A stretch of 64,000 bases of DNA, from assembly GCA_943704415.1 (NCBI GenBank), contig CALSCO010001386.1, forward strand, positions 1-64,000, read 5' to 3'. The stretch's first letter is position 1, and every line of letters starts with the position of its first letter. Source of the stretch: Parvularia atlantis. Lineage: Eukaryota. Shown here in pieces: positions 1 through 11,737 of the stretch. The translations under genes were made by a program, and so were the position numbers. The notes below the pieces were generated by a model. The model saw only the letters and a program-made list of their open reading frames with translations. It was not told where the DNA came from and searched no databases.

Positions 1-127
1 CTCGACCCGTCGCTTGGCTTCAACCCCCACTGGCGTTTTTAAATGCCACCTCCACCTCTGCCGCTGAACGTTCGCGCTCGGTTCTCGCCAGCTCGCCTGC
101 GTCCTGTGTCACTTTTTTTTTGTGCGG

Positions 128-848
128 ATGGGCCTCGCGAGCTACCGCCGCCTGTGCGACCCGCGCCGCACGCTGCTGCTGCGGCTCCCGCGCGAGCAGC
201 TCGCCGCGACGGTTCACACACAGCTGGCACGGAGCGTGCAGCTCGCGCTCGACAAGACGCGCCGGCCGGGCCAGGCCGAGCCGCGCATTACGCTCTTCCG
301 TCTGCTCAAAGCGCGTGGGCGCCCGCACGGCCAGCTGCGGCCTGACCGCGGACGCGCAGGACCCGTACGGCTTTGTGCAGCACCCGCTCGCGGTCGTCAC
401 GTTCTCGTCCGCGGCCGGACGCGCGGAGGCTCTCACCGCGTCGCGCGACGACCTCACCTTCTTCGAGATCCCGTTCGGTGCATGCGCGACGCGGCCTGCC
501 CGCCCGCTGACGCGCTGGTGCACCGCAGCGGTGCAGCGGCAAGGGCGCACGCGGCCCGTGTGGCTGGAGGAGGCCGACCGGGTCGACCAGGTCTTCTTCG
601 CGACGCGCGAGCAGCTGGACGCGTACAACGCGAGCGTGCGGGCGCGCGAGCAGCAGCAGCAGCAGGCGGCGTCGCCGCCGCGGCTGGTCAAGACATCGTT
701 GTCGCGGCCGCGAGGTGCCGCCTCGAAGCCGTCTGCTGATGCGCGGCCTGCGTCTGCCGGTGCCTCGAAGCCGTCTGCCGATGCCTCGAAGCCGTCTGCC
801 GATGCGCGGCCTGCACAAGCACAAGCAGCACCGGCAGCAGCGGGCTGA
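128..848 (+). CDS. Hypothetical protein with possible RRM-like alpha/beta core and low-complexity C-terminus (2 introns; start uncertain)
   Basis: Splicing 311-359 (GC-AG) and a second GTGCAT..GCTGAC..CAG intron joins RTLLLRLP...RLLK|DPYGFVQHPLAVVTFSSAAGRAEAL, followed by poly-Q and ASKPSAD repeats. Confidence 0.45.
719..803 (+). repeat. 21-bp coding repeat (gcctcgaagccgtctgccgat), 3 imperfect copies encoding ASKPSAD
   Basis: Directly visible; two exact adjacent copies at 761-803. Confidence 0.85.
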
Positions 849-934
849 CGTGTGAACCATGCGAGTGCGCAAACAGACACAACACTGCAACCAAACGCGC
901 GCGCACAACGCCATCGCCTCCGCACGTCCGCGCC

Positions 935-1818
935 TCACGCCCGCACGGCACGCATCAGGTCCAGCACGGGCCGCAGCAGGCCCGTGCCCAGCGCGCCGTC
1001 TGCGCCCTCGGGGCAGTTGCGCGGCTGCGTGAACAGGCTCGGGCTGTGCGACTGTGCGCGGAACGTGTTGAACTGGACCGTGGCCACGAGCTCGGGTGGG
1101 TAGTAGACCTCGATGCGGAACAGGTTGTTGGTGCCCGAGAGGAACCTGCGCAGAACAGGTCAGCAGACGTGCGATCGATGCACGGGACGGCGCACCACAG
1201 GTCGACCGGGATGTTGCCGGCCTCGGCATCGGTCACGCGCCAGTGGTCCACCGTCTTGTTGTTGACCGTTTCCTGCCGACGCGGCCGTTGGCGTCGGCGA
1301 GCGTGAGCGGCTCGTGCCCGGCAAGGTGTGCACACGCCTTGCCCACAAACTGGACCGAGTCGGCCCGCCGCAGCACGTCTGGCGGCAGCTGCGGCGTGTC
1401 GAGCGCCTGGCGCGCGAGGCAGCGGCCAAGCAGCACCACGTACGCCTCGCCCAGATCGTAGCGCGCGATCACGGTCGCGGCTTGCGCGCGAAACGTCAGC
1501 AAATCACGCACACCCGCTCCGCGCCCGCCCCGTGCCCCGTGCCCCGCACAGCGCCCCGGCGCACGCACGCGGCACGCCCGGGATGGTCGCGTCCAGGCGC
1601 GTCGCGTTCTGCTTATAGCTGTAGTACTGGATCGCCGTCAGCTGCACCTCGCGCGGCGCCGACAGCACGACGGTCACGTCGGCGTAGTACTCGGACGGCA
1701 GCACGGGCGGCGTCGGGTTCTGCGCCACGGCAGGGCGCGGGCCGAGGGTGGCGAGCGCGAGCACGAGCGCAAGCACGAGCGCGACGGCGGCAGCGGCGGA
1801 CGACGGCTGCGCACGCAT
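935..1818 (-). CDS. Secreted ependymin-related (EPDR-like) protein
   Basis: Signal peptide MRAQPSSAAAAVALVLALVLALA; PxLPxxY N-terminus; YYSYKQNATRLD; FVGK|ETVNNKTVDHW; C-terminal PSLFTQPRNC; 3 introns. Confidence 0.6.
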
Positions 1819-1865
1819 GTCGTGTGGTGTGTGACAAAGGTAAGTGCGAGCATACGCAAGTCACA

Positions 1866-3916
1866 TCACGCGACAGCTCGTTGGGTCTGTGCGGCCGAGG
1901 AAGCCGCTGCCGGGTCGCCCGCCGCCGCGGTCAGCTGCTGATACTGGACGAGCGCGACGATTGCCGACGAGATCTGCGCCGGCGCGTCAGCGGTGCGGAC
2001 GGGTCTGACACGCGGCGCGGACCTGTTGCTGCACGCGCTGCAGCAGCCGGATGCGCTCGATCACCGCCGCGCGCTCCGTGCCCTCCATGCGCGCGAGCTG
2101 TTCGGCCGTCAGCGCCTCGAGGTTGACTGCGCCCGCGCCGTCAGCCTCGCCGACACGCTCGTCGCCGGCCCGCGCGCACCGTCCGCGAACGGCAGGTTGT
2201 CGAGCGGGTAGAGCAGCACAGGCCCCGGCGGGAGGCCGCCGACGGACGTGAGCGCCGCGGCCGTGGCGGCGAGGGGCGATGCGGCGTCGTCCCCGGGCCA
2301 CCGCGTACTACTGCTTGCGCCGCCGAGGCGCGCTGCTGCGTCCGTCGCCGCTGCTGCAGGGCGCGCAAAGCCTGGTGGCGGCGGCGCGGGCCGCTCGTGC
2401 ACGGGCAGGGGCTGCGGCGGCGCGCGCTGGGGCATCGGTGGCCGGCCAGCGACCGCCGCGGCCGGCGCCGCATTCGGCCGCCGGTTGGGCCCGGCGAGCA
2501 CGCTCATGCGGCACGTCGGGCAGGTCTGCTGGCGCTCGAGCCAGGACCGGAGGCAGTGGAAGTGGAAGATGTGGCCGCAGGGCAGCTGCGGGCGCGCGCG
2601 TGAGCTCGCCGCGTGGGCCAGAGCGAACGAAGGCGCACCTTCTTGCCAGAGTCCATGTCCTCGCGGCAGATGATGCACGTCCGGTCCGTCTGCGCCAGCT
2701 CGGCCTCGGTCGCGTCCGGGTAGCGCTCGTTCATGTTGTACGTCGCGCGGCGGTATTGGAGCATGTCGGCCAGGCGCATCGTGAACGAGCGGAAGGAGTA
2801 GTACAGGTCGCGAACGATGTGCAGCGGGATGCCGTAGTACGTGAAGATGGCACCAAACAGTCCCGTGTACAGCACGAACTTGAGGAAGTCTGTGCGCGCG
2901 CGCGTGCTCCTGCGTCGGCCGCGCGGCTCGCTCGCAGGCGGCAGCGACGCACCGACGACCAGGTCCAGGTGGAAGATGTACACCGACTTGTTCTCCCACG
3001 GGTTCTCGTCGCGCAGGTCGATCGTGTGCAGGACGTATTTGATCATGATCGAGACGCACGTCACGGCGAGCACGGCGTACTGCGGCGCGGCCGTCAGGCC
3101 GGTCGTCATGCCAGGTCGCCGGTGCGCGCACCTCGAACGCAAACAGGATCATCATCGACGGGCCCTTGGCCATCGTGTACGTGATTGTGTAGTGCAGGAA
3201 GAACGCGTTGACGGCCATCAGCGCCACAAACAGGCTGACCATGCGCACGTGGAAGACGCGTGTCAGAACGGGGCTCTGCTCCATCTGCGCGCCGGCCGCG
3301 CGTCAGCCGGCCCGCCGCGCGCAAAGCACTGCCAGCGACGGCGCACAAAGTCGATCCGGTCCTGGTACAGCCAGTGCAGCAGCTTGACGGCGAGCAGGAC
3401 CGAGAAGAACATGACGAAGCGCAGGTCGAACTCGTCGCGGAACATGGTCATGGCAAGGCACGTCTCGGTGATGGCGTACCACACGTTCTCGTACGCGTGC
3501 TGGCGCGCGCCGCGCGGGTCAGCAGGCCGTGTGCGCACACGAAGGCGGCGGCAGCGGCAGTGGCGCACCTCGACCTCGATCGGCCGCAGCGCGCCGAAGA
3601 AGACCGTCTGCAGCAGGCGCACGAGCAGGATCATCGCCAGGAAGCCCGTGTTGACGAAGACCTGCGCGGTGCGTCAGCGCCCGTCACGCCCGCCCGCGCC
3701 CGCCCACGCCGCGCACCATCACGCTCAGGTTGGACTTGGACAGGTACACGCACGCGAGGTAGAACTGGGCTGCGGCGGCGAGGTGTCAGCTCTTGGGCGT
3801 CCGTCCGCGCGCGCGCGCGCGCACGCCCGCGCACCGTGGTGCACGAGCGCGTTGGCCACGACCATCGCCGCGAGGCCGACGCTCACGAACGCGTAGGTCG
3901 AGAAGGTCAAGCGCAT
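1866..3916 (-). CDS. HRD1: ERAD E3 ubiquitin ligase Hrd1/synoviolin
   Basis: [47 protein letters not shown]2 [34 protein letters not shown]; about 9 GT-AG introns. Confidence 0.96.
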
Positions 3917-3996
3917 GACCGGCGCAAGTCACGGACAGGCTCTGACGTCACAGACGCGGCACGCGCAGATTGGCTTGCCGCCCGTGCCCAATCGGC
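3917..3996. promoter_or_regulatory. 80-bp bidirectional promoter region (HRD1/STK16) with TGACGTCA and two opposed CCAAT boxes
   Basis: TGACGTCA 3943-3950; ATTGG 3969-3973; CCAAT 3988-3992; lies between divergent ATGs. Confidence 0.5.
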
Positions 3997-5424
3997 ATGC
4001 AGCTCGAGGAAGCCGCCACGCGCGACCCGCGCGATCGCTCCTGGTTCGAGTCGTGCCTCGGGCCCGTCTTCGCCTTCCTCACGGACGCGCTGGGCGGCCC
4101 GCCGAGTACCGTCACGATCAACGGCCGGCGCTTCCGGCTCGCGCCGCTGGGCGAGGGGTGGCGTCGTCGATCTCGCTGGCGCATCAGAGTCGCTAAACGT
4201 GTGCGTCGCGCATCGCGCGCAGCGCCTTCAGCTTTGTCTTCGCGGCCGAGGAGATCGGCACGGGCCACACGTTCGCGCTCAAGCGCATGACTTGCCAGGA
4301 TAACGAGTCCGTGCGCGAGGCCCTGCGCGAGGCCGAGCTGTACCGGCTGTTTCGCCACCGCAACATCATCGCCCTGCACGACTCGTGCGTGCTCGACTCG
4401 CCGCGCGTGCCGGGCGCCAAGGACGTGTACATGCTCCTGCCGCTGTATCGGGTGTGTGGATGGCCGCCGTGTGCGCCGCGATGCTGAGCGCGCGCGGCAG
4501 AGGGGCACGCTGCAGGACCTCATCAACGACATCGGCGCGCGCGACCGCCTCGAGGAGGACGAGGTGCTCGCGATCGCCCTCGGCCTGTGCGAGGTGTGTC
4601 CTACGCACACGATTGCGCACGTGCGCTGACTGCGTGCAGGCCGTCGCACAGCTGCACCACTTCAAGCCGCCGGGCTCGAGCGTCGAGACGCCCCTGGCGC
4701 ACCGCGTGCGTCTCGCTCACCCCGCCCGCGAGGCGCTGACGCGGGCACGGTGCAGGACATCAAGCCGGGCAACGTGCTCCTCGCCGACGACGACCAGCCC
4801 GTGCTGATGGTGCGCGCCTGCGTGTGTGCCTGCGTGCCGCCGCCGCCGACGCGACACGACGCGACGCGCGCTGCAGGACTTTGGCAGCGTGACCAAGGCG
4901 CGCGTGACCGTCAAGACGCGCACCGAGGCCGTGGCGCTCTCGGTGCGTCCCGCCGCGCGTGCGCCCGCGCACCGATCACGCCGCGCAGGACCTTGCGGGC
5001 GAGCGGTGCACGATGCCGTACCGCGCGCCCGAGCTGTTTGACGTGGCGACGGGCGTGACTCTGGACGAGCGCACGGACATCTGGGTGCGCACGCCTGCGT
5101 CTGTGCCGGAACGTGTACGCACACACTCATTCCGCCCGGGTCCAGTCGATCGGTTGCACGATCTACGCCGTTGCGTACGGCATATCGCCCTTCGAGAGGC
5201 AGGCCGCGGGCGGCAGCCTTTCGCTCGCGATCGTCAACGGCAGGTTCGAGTACCCGCGCGACGACCCGTACAGCGGTGCGCGCCACCGCGGCCTTGCCGT
5301 GCCGGGGCTGAGCGGTCGGGCAGCCAAGCTGCGCGGGATCATCAACTTCTGCCTCGTCGTCGACAAGGACCAGCGGCCCTTTGTGGACGAGGTGCTCGAG
5401 CGGCTCCGCACCGCCAGGCAGTAG
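3997..5424 (+). CDS. STK16: NAK-family Ser/Thr kinase STK16/Env7-like
   Basis: LGEG|AFSFVF, FALKRM, AHR|DIKPGNVLL, M|DFGS, ERCTMPYRAPELFDV, DERTDIW|SIGC, GGSLSLAI. Confidence 0.92.
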
Positions 5425-5488
5425 GCATCACGCTCACCGCTTTTTTTTCAGCTGCACAAACGGAACCAGAGAAAGCGAGTGGTGATGC

Positions 5489-8168
5489 TCAGAGCGGCTG
5501 AACGCGGACCTGCAAAGTCACGTTGCCCGTCACGTTGTCCTCGTTGCTGCACGCCGCCGCCGCGTCAGCTCGCGCCTATGCCCAGGGTCGCGCCACGCAC
5601 CGGTACCAGACCGACGGCCGCCGCTCGCACTCGAGCGTGTAGTCGACAAACCCGCCGTACTTGCCCTCGACCATGGCCGTCTCGGCCACGACGTTGACCT
5701 CGCCCATGAAGTCGTCGGCGCGGACCGTGTTGTAGTTCCAGATCTGCACGTTGACCAGCGCCTGGTCGAGCGTGTGACTGAAGAACACAAAGCTCTCGTT
5801 AAACTTGGGGTTGAGCGTGTCGTTGCAGATGACAAAGCCGCGCGCCTGCGCCGCACGGTTGGCAACCCGCACGCCGCAGCGAAGCACTCGCGCACCTCCT
5901 GCGTCTCGCGCGACTGGATCGCGCAGCAGCCCTCGGTCGAGTCAGTGCAGCGCACGAGCAGGTACGGGTCGGCGCCCTGGCCCATCATGTCGCTCTTGCG
6001 CAGGTTGTCGGCCTGGATGACCTGCGTGGCGTGGGTGGCGCGCGTGGGGTCACGCCCTGTGTTCGCGAGCGAGCGGCGGCGGGCGTGCGGCGCACGTTGA
6101 CCGTGATGCGGTACTTGTACGGGCCCTTGCACCGCGGCTCCTTGGGCTTGGTCGCGACGAGCGGCTCGCACTTGGCGAAGAGCGTCGAGACGCGCAGGAG
6201 CGACGTCTCCACAAACACGCGCAACAGGAACTCGGACGTCTGGCCGGGCTCGAACGTGCTCGGGACAATCACGTAGTTGCCCGGCATGAGCTCGCAGCGC
6301 GACGACAGCTGGCGCGCGTTGATGTAGTCGACCTTGTGCGCGACCTTGCCCAGCTCGACCATGCGCAACATCCGGTTGGCCTCGGTTTGCATGATCACAA
6401 ACCTGTTGCGAGCGCGCGCGCACGCTCAGTCACCCCCCGTTGCAGCCACCTCCCACACGCGCGCACCCGATCGACACGTTGGCGCTCGGCGGCGGCCCGC
6501 TCTCGGTCGTCAGCGCCATGCTCGAGCCGCTGCCGGCCGCGGGGCCGCCCCGATGGTCCTCCTGCATCAGACTCACGATCACCTTGGCCTTGTGCTTGAG
6601 CGTGAGCATGAACTGCGGGTTGTTGAGGAACGTGTCCGGGTGGTTGGTGCTCCCGCCCGAGTTGACTGCCGCACGCCGCGCGCGCGGACCGTGAGCGTGG
6701 CGTAGCGTGGCGTGGCGCGCGGCCCTACGCACGCTTTGTCCACGAGTTGTTGAACGTAAACACATGGAACGTCGACTTGGTGCTCAGCAGCGCCGTGTTG
6801 ATCACGCGGCACAGCACGATCTTGTTGAAGTGCTGCGCGGCGCCTCTGCGGTGAGCGCGCGACACGCGCGACGCACACGCCCGGCGCACCTGCACAAAGT
6901 CCTGGAAGCTCATCCAGAACTCGCCGTCGTCCGCCTTGACCAGCCCGAGCTTCTTCTTGTCAGCGTCCGAGATCTTCTTCCACTCCTGCGCGCTCAGTCA
7001 GGCGTGCGCTGCGCTGCGGGCTCATTGGGCGGGCGCGCGGACCTCCGAGTTGTCGGCCCACGCGCCCGTCCACTCGCCCTCGCCCCACGGGTTGCGCAGG
7101 CGGATCATCTCAAACTGCTCAAAGTTGAAGAAGCCGCGGTGCTTGATGCGCTGGATCGCGGTGATGGCGTACGCTGTGTCGCGCGGCCCACGCGTCAGAC
7201 GAAGTGAGCGAGCTGGCAGTCGCGCGCACCGTGGCCCGGCACCAGGCCGCTCTCGCCCGGACGCTCGCGCTCGTCTTCGGGCACGTCCAGAGCGCCGATG
7301 CTCGCCGTGACCAACGCACCATCGCGACGCGCGTGCGCGAGGCGCTCAAACAGGCGCTTGACGTCGGTCTGGTCGTCGACGGTGATGTCGTCCACGACTG
7401 CCCGCGCGGCCGCCGCCGTCAGTCGTGCCGCACCGCACGAGCGGCCGCGCACCGCCGTTGGTGAAGTCGACAAGCGCGTCGGCCGTGCTGCCCGTGTCGA
7501 GGCGCTCGTACGAGCCGACGAGCTTGGCGTAGGCCTTCTCGAGCAGCGACGCCCAGAACTCGTTCGAGGCCTTGGACTGGGCGAAGATAAGCTGGCCCGT
7601 CTCCTGGTTGACCGGGAGGGTGTCGTCGACGACGACCTCGATGCGCTTGCCCATGCGCCAGAAGCGGAAGCGCACGATGCCCGCGTACTGCTTGTCGTCC
7701 GTCATCTGCATGTCCTGCGCCTCCTTGTCGGGGAAGACCTGCGCACGGCGTCAGCCTCCCCCGATCGCATCGGCCTGCAGCCCGCGCCGCACGCGCCTCG
7801 TCCAGGTACTCGCGGTTGCCCGCCAGGACGCAGCACGCCGTCACCAGCCAGCAGTTGCCGATGTGGCCCTGGACGATGTCGTTGGTTGACGCGCCGTCCA
7901 CCAGCAGCCGCGCGCCCGCCGCGATCTCGTGCGGCCGCTTCCAGACGATCTTGGGGTACTTGGCCGAGAGCGCGGGGCCGATCGACTGGCGCGGGGGGGG
8001 CGGGCCGTGAGTCTGTGCGCATTCCCACGAGCCGACGCTGAGCAAAACCTGGCTCGACGCGGGGAACTTGTCGTCGACGAAGAGCGCGCCACTCTCCTTG
8101 TGGCCGGCATGCTGGCGCAGCAGCGCCGCGTAGTCCTGGCCGAAGAAGTGCACCAGGCTCGGCGCCAT
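5489..8168 (-). CDS. Calpain with CysPc, domain III and C-terminal C2 (calpain-5/TRA-3-like architecture)
   Basis: FVDDKFPAS, QGHIGNCW (Cys), GH|AYAIT (His), RLRNPWG (Asn), NSGGSTNHPDTFLNNPQF, IVPSTFEPG, C2 ADPYLLV..LNPKFNESF..DDFMG. Confidence 0.93.
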
Positions 8169-8484
8169 GGCTCTGCGCGCGCGCCCGCGGTGGCGGTGGC
8201 GTGAGCTTCCTCGCGCGTGCCCTGAAACAGGCCCCGGCGCGCTTAGATCTCGCGCGCACAGACGCCCCCCTCCCACAGCCGCAGCCCCGCTCCCGGCACC
8301 GGCCTCGCGCGCAGCACGTCCGCGCCGCGCACCAGGCGGCGGCTGTCGCGGGCTGCACGGCACAGCGGCGCGCGCGAGGCAGCTCGCCGGGCCCCTGCCG
8401 CGCCGCCAATAAGTCGATTCGAGAGAATGCAAGTACGTATCGCGCGCTGATTGGTCCGCACGCCCAGCCAACCAGCGACGCGCG

Positions 8485-11400
8485 ATGAACAGCGCGGCCG
8501 ATGTGTCGGCCGCGCCGGCCTCGCTCGACCTGCCGTGCGTGGCGGCCGCTCGCGCGCACGCGTGCACCGCGAGAGGCGCTGATCGCGGCGCGCGCAGGTA
8601 CCGCGTCGAGCGCTCGATGGACAACGAGCACCTGCAGGCGATCATGGAGCCGCTCATCCACGGCGCCGTCGACGGCGAGGCGCCGCTGCCGATGCTCGCT
8701 TTCACGCGCGTGCGCGTCGAGGGCGCCGCCGCCGACCTCGGCCAGACACCCGAGTTTGTCGCGATGGCCCAGCAGCTGCGCGAGTGCATGCGCCTGCGCC
8801 GGCGCTACCTCGATGCCAGCGTCCAGACCGCCGGCGCCAACCCAAAGGACGCGCGCACGGGCGTGCGGGCCGACGGGCGCACACCGCCGTTCGACCCGTT
8901 CGATGCGCCGGTGCCGGCGAACTGCAGCAACACGGTGCGTGCGGGCGGGCCCACACCCGCACGGCGGCTGATCGATCGAGCAGTACACGTGCGAGTTCCG
9001 CGACGGCGTCTTTGTCGTGCTGCGCGCCGCGGGTGCGCCCGTGCGCCGCGGGCTTGCGCGGAGCAGCTGATAGTGCGCGGCCGTGCAGACAGATCGGCAG
9101 AGTACGACATCCCCAACGTCGGCCAGTTCTACCGCGACCTCAACGTGCTGCTGTCGGTCGCGTCGGACGGGCCGACCAAGTCGTTCGCGTTCAAGCGGCT
9201 CAAGCTGCTCGAGTCAAAGTTCAGGTGCGCGCACACGCCCCGTCGCGCCGTCAGCCTCACCGCCGCACGCCAGCCTCTACGTGCAGCTGAATGAGCTGGC
9301 CGAGCGCGCGGCGTGCAAGGTTCGGCGCCTGCACGGTGGGCCCGCACGCTCAGCCCGGACCCCGCTCAGCTCGTGCCTCACCGCGACTTTTACAACGTGC
9401 GCAAGGTCGACACGCACGTGCACCACAGCGCGTGCATGAACCAGAAGCACCTGCTGCGGTTCATCAAGTGCAAGCTCAAGCGCAACCCGAACGTACGCGC
9501 CGCATAGCACCGCGCCGCCAGTGCGCTCACGTGCCCGGTCCCCTCAGGACGTCGTCATCTTCCGCGACAACCAGCATCTGACGCTCGAGCAGGTGTTTCA
9601 GTCGCTCAAGCTGACCGCGTACGACCTCAGCATCGACACGCTCGACATGCACGTGCGTCCCTGCTACGCGGCCGCTATGCGGCCGGCTCACGACGCACGC
9701 AGGCGCACAGCGACGCATTCCACCGCTTCGACAAGTTCAAGTGCGCGTCGCTGGCGTCGTGGGCACAGCGCGACGTATGCTGAGCCGCGCCGCGCCGCAC
9801 AGCCTCAAGTACAACCCGGTGGGCGAGTCGCGTCTGCGCGAGATCTTCCTCAAGACCGACAACTTCATCGGCGGGCGGTACCTGGCCGAGCTGACGATGG
9901 GTGGGGCGCGCGGCGAGGCCGGGCCGAAGCGCACACAAGCTAACCTCACCGCCCCCGCGCGACGCCAGAGGTCATGGCTGACATGGAGGAGTCCAAGTAC
10001 CAGATGGCCGAGTACCGCGTGTCGATCTACGGAAAGTGCGTGGGCGGCCGCCGTGCGACGCGGACCGCGCGTCCTGACGCGGGGCGCGCAGGTCTGTGTC
10101 TGAGTGGGACAAGCTGGCCAGCTGGTTCTGCGCCAACCGCGTCTTCTCGCCCAACGTGCGCTGGCTGATCCAGGTGCCGCGACTGTACAGCGTGTACAAA
10201 AGCACGGGCCTCGTGCGCACGTTTGCCGACTTTCTGCGCAGTGCGTGGGCGTACGCAGCGTGTGAGCGCTCGCTGAGCCGGCCGCAGACCTGTTCCAGCG
10301 CCTGTTTGAGGCGACGATCAACCCGGAGGCGCACCCGAGCCTACACCGCATGCTGCAGCAGGTCATCGGCTTCGACTCGGTGGACGACGAAAGCAGGTTT
10401 AGCAAGCGCATCCACAAGATGTGCGTGCTCGCGCGCATTCAGCCCCGCGATGGCTCACGTGCGCGTAGCTACCCGACGCCCGAGAATTGGGACCTGCCGT
10501 CCGACCCGCCGTACTCGTACTACATCTACCACATGTGGGCCAACGTAGCCTCGCTCAACCGGCTGCGCAAGGAGCGCGGCATGAGTGCGTCGCAGTGGTT
10601 GCGGCGGCCTCACGCTCACCCGGCCGCGACGCACGCACAGACACGTTTGTGCTGCGACCGCACGCGGGCGAGGCCGGCAACGAGGCCAACGAAAACCTGG
10701 CCGTGTGCTTCCTGCTGTCGTACGGCATTTCGCACGGCATCCTGCTGCGCAAGGTGCCGGCGCTGCAGTACATGTGCGCCGCCGCGACCGTCGCGCATCG
10801 CATCGGCCGCGGCTGAGCGTGCCGCAACCCAGGTACTACCTCGAGCAGGTCGGCGTGGCCATGTCGCCCCTGTCCAACAACGCGCTCTTTCTGCACTACG
10901 ACCGCAACCCCTTCCCCGAGTTCTTCAGCCGCGGCCTCAACGTCTCGCTGTCGACGGACGACCCGCTCCTGCTGCACTTCACGCGCGAGCCCCTGATGGA
11001 GGAGTACTCGTGCGCGGCGCAGGTGCACGGCGACATTGCGGGGGCGCGCGGTCTCACCCATGGCGCAGATCTGGCGGCTCACGGCGGCCGACATGTGCGA
11101 GCTCGCGCGCAACAGCGTGCTGCAGTCGGGATTTGAGCTGAGCCTCAAGCGAGTGCGCAGCACTTGGTGGGCGAGACCAGTCTGACCACGTGCGCAGTAC
11201 TGGATCGGCGACCGCTGCGACCGGCCCGGCGTTGAGGGCAACGGTGCTGGCGCTCATGTGCACACGCTGCAGCCACTTGATGCATGCGCGCGCATGCAGA
11301 CATGAACCGCACCAACGTGCCCGACATCCGCATCGCATACCGGCACGAGACGCTGACCGAGGAGCGCCGGCTGATCTGGGGCGACGGTGCGTGACGCGGG

Positions 11401-11706
11401 CTGCTGCGGGCTGCTACGCACGGCGGTCTCACTTACCTCGCCGCAGATTACGCCGGGACGTACGAGCCCGCCGCCACGACCGTCGCGCAGCCAGAGGCTC
11501 TGCCGCATACAGCACCAGCCGCAGCAGCCGCACCCGCGCGAGACCACAAGGCGCAGGCGCTGGCGAGCGTCAAGCGCAAGCTGTCGGTGTTCACATCGCT
11601 CGGCGTGCTCAACAGCCTGCACGGGCTGCCGGGCTCGCCGCACAAGCCGGGCGAGGCGGACGCGGCCGGGTCGCCGCCACGCAAGACGGCGCGCAATGAG
11701 ACGTGA
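8485..11706 (+). CDS. AMPD: AMP deaminase
   Basis: [75 protein letters not shown]; about 17 introns. Confidence 0.97.
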
Positions 11707-11737
11707 TGTTGCAGATTAGACTTGCAGCTCGTCCTTG

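Noticed and set aside
10655..10745. AMPD possibly inactive because the usual GEAG..DHL reads [11 protein letters not shown]
   Set aside because: Metal and catalytic motifs HxH, RPH, GE, SHG and STDD are all intact
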